A stretch of DNA of 64,000 nucleotides from Octopus sinensis (Eukaryota): positions 150,102,001-150,166,000 of the forward strand of contig NC_043000.1 of assembly GCF_006345805.1 (NCBI RefSeq). Reading direction: 5' to 3'. Within the stretch, counting starts at the first letter, position 1. The number at the start of each line of letters is the position of its first letter. A program made the translations under genes and the position numbers. A model generated the notes under the pieces. That model did no database searches. It was not told where the DNA came from and worked only from the letters and a program-made list of their open reading frames with translations. This document shows, piece by piece, positions 1-11,224 of this stretch.

Positions 1-441
1 GAGACATGTATCTTTTATATGTAACATTAGGGGACTACAAAGACTGACAATTCTTCAGTGCTGAGATGGCTAGCAACTATACTAGATTGACTTTGGAAAA
101 TACTTTATATCTGAAATCAGATGGGGGTGGTAATTAACATACAGCAGGGGAAGTCAGGCAGGAAATAAAATGTTGGCAGAAAGGTTGTTAGTATAGACAT
201 ATCTCGTCATCTTCTGATTACCAGTCTTATCAGTTTTTTTTTCTTTGAAGTTCCTCAAGTTTAGACAATCATAAAACTTAGCAACAGCTATATATATTGT
301 TTGTCAACTGTATATCATACATACATTTGTCTCTGCAAAAACAAATGTATACTTATAATGCACACACACACACACACAGGTGTAAAGATAACACACATAT
401 GTGTATTTAGAGAGACTTAGAAATGTTAATATTTATATATA

Positions 442-2718
442 TTCCGCTACCTAGGAGACCAAGTCAGTAGCGGGGGTGGGTGTGCTGAAAGTGTAACTGC
501 TAGAGTAAGAATAGCCTGGGCAAAGTTTAGAGAGCTCTTACCCCTGCTGGTGACAAAAGGCCTCTCGCTCAGAGTAAAAGGCAGACTGTATGATGCATGT
601 GTACGTACAGCCATGCTACATGGTAGTGAAACAAGGGCCGTGACTGCTGAGGAATGCGTAAGCTCGCAAGAAATGAAGCCAGTATGCTCCGATGGATGTG
701 TAATGTCAGTGTTCATAATCATCAGAGTGTAAGTTCCTTGAGAGAAAAGCTGAACCTAAGAAGCGTCAGTTGTGGCGTGCAAGAGAGACGGCTGCGCTGG
801 TATGGTCATGTGACAAGAAAGGCTGAAGATAGTTGTGTGCAAAAGTGCTAACCTAGCAGTGGAGGGAACCTGTGGAAGAGGTAGACCCAGGAAAACCTGG
901 GACGAGTGGTGAAGCACGACCTTCGAACTTTAGGTCTCACTAAGGAAATGTCTAGAGACCGAGACCTATGGAAGTATGCTGTGCATGAGAAGACCCGGCA
1001 AGACTAGTCAGGCATAACCCGTGGCCCCGACCTGGGACGTAGTCAGTCCTGTGCATACCTCCTTCTTGTGACACTTATGAAGACCTGTTGAGGCAAGTGA
1101 AAATCAAATCAAATCAAATCAAAAACAATCAAAATAGATGAACATCTGGAATTGTATTCTTTGTGGTACCAGGCCGGTGGCACACAAGAAAACCACCCAA
1201 ACGTGCCGTAACCTACCGCATCGACTGGCCTCCGTGCTGTGGGCACAACAAACACCATCCGATCGTGGCCGTGCGCCAGCCTCATCTGGCACCTGTGCCG
1301 GTGCACATAAAGACACCATCCGAAGACCCGGCGACGTAGTCAGTCCACCTGTGCATACCTTCCCTCTTATGACACTTGTGAAGACCTGTTGAGGCAAGTG
1401 TGTGACACTTGTGAAGACCTGTTGAGGCAGAGGCAAGTGTGTGACACTTGTGGAGACCCGTTGAGGCAAGTGTGTGACCCTTGTGAAGACCTGTTGAGGC
1501 AAGTGAAAATCAAACCAAATCAAAATAGATGAATATCAATGGAATTTGTATCTTTGTGGTTCCAGTACCGGTGGCACACAAGAAAACCATCCGAACGTGG
1601 CGTAGCTGGTACCGCATCGACTGGCCTCCGTGCTGTGGGCACAACAAACACCATCTGATCGTGGCCGTTCGCCAGCCTCACCTGGCACCTGTGTCGGTGG
1701 CACATAAAAACACCATCCAAGACCCGGCGACGTAGTCAGTCCACCTGTGCATACCTTCCCTCTTAGGACACTTGTGAAGACCTGTTGAGGCAGAGGCAGT
1801 GTGTGACACTTGTGAAGACCTGTTGAGGCAGAGGCAAGTGTGTGACACTTGTGGAGACCTGTTGAGGCAAGTGTGTTGACACGCGTGACACTTGTGAAGA
1901 CCTGTTGAGGCAAGTGAAAATCAAAACAAATCAAAATAGATGAACATCAATGGAATTTGTATCTTGTGGTTCCAGTACCGGTGGCACACAAGAAAACCAT
2001 CCGATCGTGGCCGTTCGCCAGCCACATCTGGCACCTGTGTCGGTGGCACATAAAGACACCATCCGAAGACCCGGCGACGTAGACAGTCCACCTGTGCATA
2101 CCTTCCTTCTTGTGACACTTGTGAAGACCTGTTGAGGCAAGTGAAATCAATCAAATCAAAACAAATCAAAATAGATGAACATAAATGGAATTTGTATCTT
2201 TTGGTACCAGTGCCGGTGGCACACAAGAAAATCATCCGAAAGTGGCCGTAGCCAGTACCGCATAGACTGGCCTCCGTGCTTTGAGGACGTAACAAACACC
2301 ATCCGATTGTGCCGTCCGCCAGCCTCATCTGGCACCTGTGTCGGTGGCACATAAAAACACCATCCGAGCGTGGCCGTCTGCCAGCCTCGTCTGGCACCTG
2401 TGGTCGGTGGCACATAAAAACACCATCCGAGCGTGGCCGTCCTGCCAGCCTCGTCTGGCACCTGTGTCGGTGGCACATAAAAACACCATTCGAGCGTGGC
2501 CTTCGCCCAGCCTCGTCTGCACCTGTGTCGGTGGCACATAAAATCACCCACTACACTCTCGGAGTGGTTGGCGTTAGGAAGGGCATCCAGCTGTAGAAAC
2601 ACTGCCAGATCTGACTGGCCTGGTGCAGCCTTCGGCTCCCCAGACCCCAGTTGAACCGTCCAACCCATGCTAGCATGGAAAACGGACGCTAAATGATGAT
2701 GATGATGATGATGATGAT
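442..2718 (+). mobile_element. RTE-clade LINE, 5'-truncated (RT C-terminus plus multimerised 3' UTR, (ATG)n tail)
   Basis: Frameshifted peptides FRYLGD...SLRVKGRLYDACVRTAMLHGSE...ERRLRWYGHV...GRPRKTWDE. Terminal CCATGC-TA-GCATGG hairpin and (GAT)n tail. Confidence 0.9.
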
Positions 2719-2974
2719 ATATATATATATATATATTTCATTTGTCCTGCTTGCTTACGTTCTTGGCATGTTGAATTAATTCTTGAGAACAATTCTTTGG
2801 TGGTGGATTCCCTTTGCGGATCTATATCTAGCGTTAGAGCGTCCACATAGTGGACTCTCTCTTATTGTTTTGTATTAATAATTTTTACTGTATCCCAGTC
2901 TTTTATACGCTAGGCCACTTGGTGTTTGAATGATGTTACTAATTAATATCCAATTTTTTCACCCTTATTTTGAC

Positions 2975-3029
<55 letters not shown>

Positions 3030-3179
3030 ATATATATTGGTAAAACGTAAAGATAACGAAAGGAAAGAGACCCCTCAATATTATGTAACTAGAGGAAATT
3101 TATCTATAAAATAATATGTTACATTACTTGATAGTCAAGATAAACTCTGAGTTTCAGATGCCGAAGTGGGAATCCACGC

Positions 3180-3242
3180 AGATAACCGAAGAGATGGTGT
3201 TGTGGATTTCCACTTCAGCATCTGAAACTCAGAGTTTTATCT
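3180..3242 (+). ncRNA. Putative variant type I hammerhead ribozyme (core CCGAAGA)
   Basis: AGATAA(stem I)-CCGAAGA-GATG..CATC(stem II)-T-GAAA-CTC.A.GAGT(stem III)-T-TTATCT(stem I'). Folded by eye. Differences from consensus: U4 to C, an extra U before G12, and a GUU triplet. Confidence 0.45.
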
Positions 3243-3290
3243 TGACTATCGAGTAATGTAACATATATTTTATATATATATATTATATAT

Positions 3291-4044
3291 GTGGAAGAGG
3301 CAGACCCAGGAAAACCTGGGACGAGGTGGTGAAGCACGACCTTCGAACTTTAAGGTCTCACTGAGGAAATGACTAGAGACCGAGACCTCTGGAAGTGTGC
3401 TGTGCGCGAGAAGACCCGCCAGGACAAGTGAGTCCACACCCGTGGCCTTCTACATGGGATGGAGCCAGCCTACGTATGCTACCTTCCCTTCTTGGGACAA
3501 CAAAACTCTACTTGTGAAGACGTGTTGAGGCAAGTGAGGATCAGAATCGAAATCGATCAATGGAAATTGCGGATGTGCTACCAGTGCCGGTGGCATGTCG
3601 AAACTCTGCTTGTGAAGACCCATTGAGGCAAGTGAGGATCAGAATCGAAATCGATCAATGGAAATCGATCAATGGAAATTGCAGATGTGTTTTACCAGTG
3701 CCGGTGGCATGTAAGAGAACTTTCCGTTTCGCGACCGTTGCCAGCACCGCCCCGTTTCGTGTCCGTTGCCAGCCTCGCCTGGCCCTCGTGCCGTGGCACA
3801 TAAAAAGCACCATCCGTTCGTGGCCGTTTGCCAGCTCTGTCCTGGCACCAGTGCGGGTGGCACATAAAAAGCACCCACTACACTCACGGAGTGGTTGGCG
3901 TTAGAAGGGCATCCAGCCGTAGAAACACTGCCAGATTGACTGGGCCTGATGAAGCCTTCTGGCTTCACAGACCCCAGTAGAACCGTCCACCCATGCTAGC
4001 ATGGAAAGCGGATGCTAAATGATGATGATGATGATGATGATGAT
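3291..4044 (+). mobile_element. RTE LINE 3' end (ORF tail plus UTR)
   Basis: GRGRPRKTWDEVVKHDL coding tail, shared UTR, same terminal hairpin and (GAT)n tail. Confidence 0.9.
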
Positions 4045-4793
4045 ATATAAAACGTATATGTGTGTATATATCGCGTATTCAACTAGACTATCAGATGTTG
4101 TTATACATCACTGGTCACAATGAACTTTGCATCATTTTAGCTTTCGAATGATGCCATCTCACTGGCTAGGCAAGCAGGCCAACATTCCCACTGTTCAGAG
4201 GGCTACTCCCTCTTGGAATTAATTCATTTACAGCTGAATGAACTGGAGCAACATGAAATGTAGTGTTTTCCTCAAGAACACAATATGCCCTCCAGTCCAA
4301 AAATCAAACACATGATCTAACAATTGTGAGTGCAACACCCTGACTAATACACTGTGTGTGTGTATGTATGCATGTTTGTGTGTGTGTGTTTAATATATAT
4401 GTATACACATACACAAATGTACACACACAATCCTATATATTCACAAACTTCTGCAGGTGTTAAAATATTTGCTTCCCAACAACATGGTTTCTGGTTCAAT
4501 CCTGTCACAAAGTGCCTTTGGCTAGTGTCTTCCATTGTAGCCCAGGGGCTGACCAAAGCTTTAGGAGTGGATTTGGTTGCCGAAAATTGAAGGAAGCTCA
4601 TTATATGGGTGTATCCTTTTCTTGATATTGCATCATAGTTGTAAATGAGTGTCACTGTCACACAAATAATGTCATTCATTTACAGTATTCTACGGAAACA
4701 GTGTGTGTGTGTGTAAACTGTAATCTTACTACTTAAATTTATCTTTATTTAATCTCACCAGTACTAAATCCAAATTAGTCTAGCTATTATATA

Positions 4794-5013
4794 TTTTTCT
4801 TTACTGCCCAGAAGGGGCTAAACATAGAGGGGACAAACAAGGACAGACGAAGGGATTGAGTCGATTATATCGCCCCAGTGCGAAACTGGTACTTTATTTA
4901 TCGACCCCGAAAGAATGAAAGGCAATGTTGACCTCGGCGGAATTTGAACTCAGAACGTAACGACAGACAAAATACCGCTAAGCATTTCGCCTGGCGCGCT
5001 AACGTGTCTGCCA
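4794..5013 (-). mobile_element. SINE family B (tRNA-like head, Deu/Nin-like core)
   Basis: Matches copies at 13283, 18532, 39089 and 62161. Core like GCCTTTCATCC..GGGGTCGATAAA..AGTACCAG on the minus strand. Confidence 0.85.
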
Positions 5014-5223
5014 TATAACTTTCTGATTTATGTTTTACTTAAATAGTACACAGAAGACTGAAAGAGTACTTCTCCCCTAGTAATTGGTCTTCAAACATGT
5101 CAGGAAAGTCCCTTTTATTTTTCTGTGTACAATTGGTTTTAAATAAATCTGTAGCTTAACTACCTGGAATTTCAACTTAAGTTTCTAATAGACAGTGTGT
5201 TATGCATAAATATTGTTAGCTAT

Positions 5224-5634
5224 GCGCAGGAGTGGCTGTATGGTAAGTAGCTTGCTTACCAACCACATGGTTCCGGGTTCAGTCCCACTGCGTGGCATCT
5301 TAGGCAAGTGTCTTCTGCTATAGCCTCGGGCCGACCAATGCCTTGTGAGTGGATTTGGTAGACAGAAACTGAAAGAAGCCTGTCGTATATATGTATATAT
5401 ATATATATGTATTTGTGTGTATGTTTACAAGTCTGTGTTTGTCCCCCTAGCATTGCTTGACAACCGATGCTGGTGTGTTTACGTCCCCGTTACTTAGCGG
5501 TTCGGCAAAAGAGACCGATAGAATAAGTACTGGGCTTACAAAGAATAAGTCCCGGGGTCGATTTCCTCGACTAAAGGCGGTGCTCCAGCATGGCCGCAGT
5601 CAAATGACTGAAACAAGTAAAAGAGTAAAGAGAG
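5224..5634 (+). mobile_element. SINE family A (tRNA-derived head, internal (TA)/(TG) tract, GTAAAAGAG tail), full length
   Basis: A-box-like TGGCTGTATGG, B-box-like GGTTCAGTCCC. At least nine further copies in the window. Confidence 0.9.
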
Positions 5635-6738
5635 TATGCTCTCACATACATGTGTGTATGTGTGTGTGTGTGTGTGCTTATTGTTGTTGTTGTCACATGA
5701 CTAGAAACAACAGTAAGGTCCTCATAGGATGTAAAAAAACTTTTTTTGATACCTGCCTGTGAGAAATTATAGAAGTGTCAGTTATTTTAACCAGCCAGTA
5801 TAGTGTTGTGTGAGTGAGTGTCAAATCTTAAGTATAGCAATATAGATTTTGAATTTTAATTTGTTTGCAATGTCAGTTTAATTCTAGAATATATGATCTT
5901 GTCATCCCTGCATCAACATTGATTTTTAGACTAACCCTGTTTTTGTTGTCTCAATTGTCTATTTCTGTCTGTTCATAAAAGCCTCTGTTTTTAAAGTAAA
6001 TATTTTAATCTGTTATCTCTATCTTCTAATCCTTATGCATTATATGCCAATATATCGCTAGTATATTTCTGTTTTCATAACAGTTATTTAAATTATTGCT
6101 TATGATCTCTGTTGTTTGTTTAGATATCCTTAAGTGCTGATCATAAGAATTTCTTTCAAGTTCTGCATCAACTTGTATTACATTTTCACAACATATTTTC
6201 TCAAGTTTGTATAGTTTAACACTTTTGATACCAGCCTACCCAAGATTGCCTTCAGTTTCATGATACAAACTTCCTCTTTTAAAGTCATCTAGATAGACTT
6301 TCTCATTTAAATTTCACATTTGATCATATCATTTTATTATCTTCATTATTTTTTAAAATTCAATTGAAAGAAAAACAGTTTATTTCAAGAGAAATTGGTA
6401 AAAGAAAAAATCTGGTTAAATATGACTGAAATAGATTTAACTGATTGAAAAGATTTTTTTTTTTTAAGAAATGCTTACCTTTTGCTTATTGGTAGAAAAC
6501 CAATTGTGCATTTATTTCCTGTATGGTTAGTTACACTACAGTAACTGCTTCTAAACAATTCTTCTTTTGAAAATTTTAGAAAAACCACCTGTTGATTGGT
6601 CTCTGCTTACAATCTTAAAAATTATCATCACGTTTGTTTTCTTGTGATGAAATAAAACACTTGATCTTTACTTCTTGTAATCTACATTTTACTTATTTTT
6701 TTTTTTTTTCATATTTCTTCAAATTGACAGAAGTTACC

Positions 6739-6865
6739 ATGGCAGAATCCATAGAGCGGCGTCCTCCAAAACCTTTACAAAAGCAGACAGAGTTCGAAGA
6801 GACCGAGGATGACAATAGCACCCATAGCCCAAGCTCTGATCAATCTGACAACACCATAACTGCTG
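6739..6865 (+). CDS. R3HDM1/2: R3H/SUZ-domain protein, first coding exon (MAESIERRPPKPLQ...SDNTITA), ends phase 1
   Basis: Acceptor ttgacag at 6730, strong Kozak context ACCATGG at 6739, donor G|gtaag at 6866. The 127 nt join in phase to 14354. Sequence is low-complexity, so assignment rests on splice phase, not homology. Confidence 0.7.
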
Positions 6866-7064
6866 GTAAGTTGAACAGTTTTCTGATACAATTACATTGC
6901 TGAGTTAGATAAATGTAGTAGAGAGAATCATAAATGTGTTAATGCTAAAGAATGGATCTAGCTTGTTGTATATTACAATACAAATAGTCTATAAACACTC
7001 TACTCAAAACACTCTTTAAAATGATTAACAAATAGGGCTGAGAGAAAGTACTTTAGGTGAGTGT

Positions 7065-7455
7065 TCTGCATGCTAAATACATATAAAGTAGATTCACTTT
7101 CGTCGCCGTGCTGACCTCATTCTTGCTCACAACATCATAAGCAGAAAGTGTAACCTCTTGAAAGAGCTGTTCTTCACTCCTGCTCCAGAGCGTCGGCTGC
7201 AGGGTCATTCCGAAAAGCTCTATCTGCAACGATTTCATCTCAATCGAAGGAGAGGAGCTTTCTCCGTCCGGGTTGCGGATCCGTGGAACAAGCTGCCAGA
7301 CTAGATGGTGAAGATGCTGATGACCGCTCGGTTCAAAGTCTCCCTTGACCTCAAGTGGCCTGAACTCTTTACATGAACACCACCCTGTACATAACTCCAT
7401 GTCCCCCTACATGGCCTTGCTTTTTGCTTTTTGAGCCAAAAAATTAACTAACTAA
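7065..7455 (+). mobile_element. CR1/L2-type LINE 3' end, (CTAA)n tail
   Basis: Encodes RRRADLI...GHSEKL...RRGAFSVRVADPWNKLP, a CR1-type RT C-terminus. Second copy on the minus strand at 60538. Confidence 0.8.
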
Positions 7456-7833
7456 CAAACTTGTTGTAGTTGAAAAGCTTTAATTCCCTTCTCTAGGATT
7501 TTATGAAATCTCAAAACAACAAGTGAGCATGATAACTCCAGTAATATCAGCTAATTGAAATTTGGGGGTGAAATAGATGATGCAGAGGCTTTTGTTCACT
7601 AATTGCATGAAGTTAACTGAAGTTTTATCAACTCACTATACTTGGCAAAGCAATCATAGTGGCTTATGGTAAGGTTGTATGTAGATGAATGATTTAAAAA
7701 AACAAACTTCGAATCAAAATGTTGGACACCAATAGATGTAATATAGTATACTTAATGAGAAACTTTTCATGTTTAGGAATTTATTTTTAACTAAGAACTT
7801 GATGTTATAACAGAATTAAGTATGTATATATAT

Positions 7834-8075
7834 AACGGGAAGGTTTACGAAAATAAACAAAAGACGAAGGCAGGTTTACGAAAATAAACAAAAGACGAAG
7901 GCAGGTGGAGTACAAACAAATAATGTATTAGCATGGCTCTCAGGAATAGAAATAAAACAAATCTTTTACGTTTCGAGCCTACACTCTTCAACAGAAAGAT
8001 ACACAGAAAAGAAACAAGGAGAGAAAAAAATGCGTGTAGGGGCTAACGATCCAACATGGCGTTCTGATTTCAGAA
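7834..8075 (-). mobile_element. Short (TA)n-embedded element carrying a hammerhead motif
   Basis: Flanked by TA runs. Contains a 31-bp tandem duplication (7841-7871 and 7872-7902) and the 7961-8000 motif. Confidence 0.55.
7961..8000 (-). ncRNA. Putative minimal type I hammerhead ribozyme (core CUGUUGA)
   Basis: Minus strand reads ATCTTT CTGTTGA A GAG TGTAGG CTC GAAA CGT A AAAGAT. Perfect 6-bp stem I, 3-bp stem II, palindromic ACGU stem III and GUA cleavage triplet. Confidence 0.6.
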
Positions 8076-8572
8076 TATATGTATATATATATATATATAT
8101 GAATGGTAATTTCTAAATATGAATTATTTAATACAAGTAAGAATATCAGTGATAAATGTATACTGTACCGCAGGAATTTTATAATTCAGCAATGAACTAA
8201 GGAGATAATGTGGTTGGCATCAAACAGAAGTGTGTGTACTACAGAACAGTATATATGCTTTTACATGTATGTGTGTGAGTATGTTGACCTGTGAGACCAT
8301 CCAGCTCGTGCCAACATGGAAACAAATGTTAAATGTTCTTGATAGCTTGTTACACATGAATGTTGTTCTATATAGGTTCTCATTAACACTACCTGAGCAA
8401 AATCAGCGTCTTTGTTTACATTCTCCAAAAAGCAAAACACCCATAATTTCAGTGTTTTCATCTCTTTCAATGTGTAAGGGCCAGTTAAATGAAAATACCT
8501 TACCTGTAAAACAGGTATGGGTTGCATGCAGGATGTGCATCCAGCTGTAGAAAGTCTGCATCAACAAGTTTT

Positions 8573-8641
<69 letters not shown>

Positions 8642-8645
<4 letters not shown>

Positions 8646-8833
8646 ATCCAAACAAGAAAGCACAAAAAAGCACAACGCGAGAACGTGGAACAAATATAGT
8701 ATTAGTGAACGCTCAGGAAAGAAGGAGGGTTTAACGTTTCAAGTGGAGCTCTTCGTCGGAAACATAGGAGAAAGGAAGACAGAGGAAAAAAATCGCCAAC
8801 GGTACACACGAGGTCACATTTTGCAAGGTCACA
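8642..8833 (-). mobile_element. Short (TA)n-embedded element carrying a hammerhead motif
   Basis: Lies between the long (TA)n at 8577-8641 and a TA/TG run at about 8834. Contains the 8729-8763 motif. Confidence 0.5.
8729..8763 (-). ncRNA. Putative minimal type I hammerhead ribozyme (core CCGACGA)
   Basis: Minus strand reads GTTT CCGACGA A GAG CTCCA CTT GAAA CGT T AAAC. 4-bp stem I, ACGU stem III, GUU triplet, stem II with a G-U pair. Confidence 0.5.
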
Positions 8834-8860
8834 TATATATATGTGTGTGTTTATATATCA

Positions 8861-9240
8861 TGGCACTCTCTCAGTTATGATGACAAGGGTTCCAGTTGGT
8901 TCGATCAATGGAACAGCCTGCTCATGAAATTAACATGCAAGTGGCTGAGCACTCCACAGACACATGTACCCTTAACGTAGTTCTCAGGGAGATTCAGCGT
9001 GACACAGAGTGCGACAGGGCTGGCCATTTGAAATACAGGTACAGCAGAAACAGAAAGAAAGAGTGAGAGAAGATTGTGGTGGAAGAATATAGCAGGGTTC
9101 ACCACCACGCACTGCCAGAGCCACATGGTGCTTTAGGTGTTTTCACTCAATAAACACCCACAACGCTTGATCTGGGAATCGAAACCGCAATCCTATGACC
9201 GCGAGTTCACTGCCCTAACCACTGGGCCATTGCACTTCCA
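8861..9240 (-). mobile_element. SINE family C (tRNA-Arg-like head)
   Basis: Minus head GGCCCAGTGGTTAGGGCAGTGAACTCGCGGTCATAGGATTGCGGTTTCGATTCC. Second copy at 17210. Confidence 0.85.
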
Positions 9241-9499
9241 CACACACATAAAATTAATCAAGATGTATTGTTAGAGAATGAGTAAACTGGAGAAAATACA
9301 AAACTAATATTTGTTGTGTTGAATGTTTAATTGTAGGTTAATACATCAGAAATTTTTAGTTATAATTGGAGTGTTATTGCTGTTAAGAATCAAAATTTTA
9401 AACTAAAAACAAATGGTTGTATTTCATGAAAATGTAAACTTTAAATGAAACCGAGAAAGTGTAAATTGAAACTGAAACCTATATTAATCATAGCTATAT

Positions 9500-9830
9500 G
9501 TCGGTGTCGGTGGCACGTAAAAAGCACCATCCGAATCGTGGCCGAAGCCAGTGCCGCCTCGACTGGCTTCCGTGCAGGTGGCATGTAAAATGCACCAATC
9601 CGACCGTGGCCGATGCCAGCCTCGCCTGGCACCAGTGCAAGTGGCACGTAAAAAGCACCCACTACACTCACGGAGTGGTTGGCGTTAGGAAGGGCATCCA
9701 GCTGTAGAAACATTGCCAGATAAGACCGGAGCCTGGTGCAGCCTTCTGGCTTCCCAGATCCCCGGTCGAACCGTCCAACCCATGCTAGCATGGAGAACGG
9801 ACATTAAACGATGATGATGATGATGATGAT
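9500..9830 (+). mobile_element. RTE 3' UTR fragment
   Basis: Same UTR sub-repeats, terminal hairpin and (GAT)n tail as 25821-26187. Confidence 0.85.
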
Positions 9831-10771
9831 ATGCAAGTAATAAAACTTTATTCCCTTTCTTTTAAAAACTTTCTAGAAATGAGTGCTTCTGATTTAATCT
9901 GTTCCTATCATACTAATTAAATAATACAAATCTTAAATGACCTTGTAGACCAAGGGGTTTAATTAAAATTGATCTATGAAAATAGTGTTTGTCATTTGTA
10001 TTTGTTTAATATATTTAATATATTTGAGGTTGTTATAGTGTGTCAGCATAGACAGCACAACACTCAAGAAACTTAGTTGTAGGTATGTTATTCTTCTTCA
10101 GTCTAAATTAAAATATAATCTAGAACGGGGGGAAACCTGATACCTTCCTCCTCCATCTGTCTGAGTTTTCAACTTGGACAAATGACAGCATACCTTTGGC
10201 TTTCTAACCAACATCACAACAAAGGTGTTTTATATAGGTAAGAACTCAATGTGTGGAATTATGATGAAGCCTCTCGTGGTATTGCATCAGAAGAATTTGA
10301 CCAAAGAGATGCCCACTGAACCAAACATAGTTATGTAGCTACCACTACGTTGTCCTAAACAGTAATGTGACTTCACATTGGTGTAGAATAGAAGGAAAAA
10401 TTAAGAATTTAATATTAGTTGAAATATGCCTAGTTTCAGTAAATAGTGTTTATGTCATTTAATATGACACAATTATTTATCTACTGTATACAAGATGTTC
10501 GGAAAGTTTTTAATGGTTTTGATAAAAATTATTAAGCAACAAAGTAGGGTAAAAGACCAGTTATCAATTCAGTATGTATCATTAAAATATATTTGTCACA
10601 TAATCAGAATATAAAAATAACAATAACTCTACAAACTTCTGTTGTGTCTAGAGAGAGTCGTTATGCCAATATTTACAGACTCCTAAAATTAATCAGTGTA
10701 TTCAAATTGTTACCCTTCATGATCATTGCATGAAGATTAGCAATTCTGTTACTGATTTTAAGTAAATATAT

Positions 10772-10942
<171 letters not shown>

Positions 10943-11210
10943 TAAGGATGAAAAGGAACACAAGTTGATATATATGAAAAAATAAGTCAAAATAGAAAAT
11001 GCTAAAATAATTTTATAAAGAACATTTCAGTACTGGTTTCAGTCATTTTGAAACCTTTTCAACTGTAATGATTAAATAATTAAATTTAGAAAAATTGAAA
11101 ATGTTTTTTTAAAGGAATATTTGTATAGTGTTCAAATATAAGTAGCATTTTCCTTGTTTCTGCCTTGCTCTGTCTCTCTTGTTCACACTTGTGGGTTCAA
11201 GGTCGTTGTG
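10943..11210 (-). mobile_element. Short (TA)n-embedded element carrying the U3-A8 hammerhead motif
   Basis: TA runs on both sides; contains 11023-11070. Confidence 0.5.
11023..11070 (-). ncRNA. Putative type I hammerhead ribozyme with U3-A8 core (UUGAAAA)
   Basis: Minus strand reads CATTACAG TTGAAAA GGT TTCAAAATG ACT GAAA C CA GT A CTGAAATG. Stem I pairs at 7 of 8 positions; GUA triplet. Confidence 0.55.
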
Positions 11211-11224
11211 TATATATATATATA

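Noticed and set aside
1036-2560. CRISPR-like or protein-coding repeats (many 60-200 aa ORFs with CHRHRCQ/VPPAQV words)
   Set aside because: These are tandem sub-repeats of an RTE 3' UTR; the ORFs are by-products and appear on both strands.
2565-2700. HDV-like ribozyme in the RTE 3' terminus
   Set aside because: GGTTGG/CCAACC can pair and a P4-like hairpin exists, but I could not build P2, P3 or P1.1. A simple 3' stem-loop explains it.
2841-2855. GTCCAC-ATA-GTGGAC hairpin as hammerhead stem II
   Set aside because: No CUGANGA-like core or GAAA flanks it on either strand.
5224-5300. tRNA genes at SINE heads (also 9180-9240, 14859-14930, 59895-59970)
   Set aside because: A/B-box-like motifs only, with no complete cloverleaf. 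Each continues into a repeated SINE body.
10238-10339. Extra coding exon (GKNSMCGIMMKPLVV...)
   Set aside because: Open in phase 1, but there is no phase-1 donor before the stop, so it cannot join exon 2 in frame.
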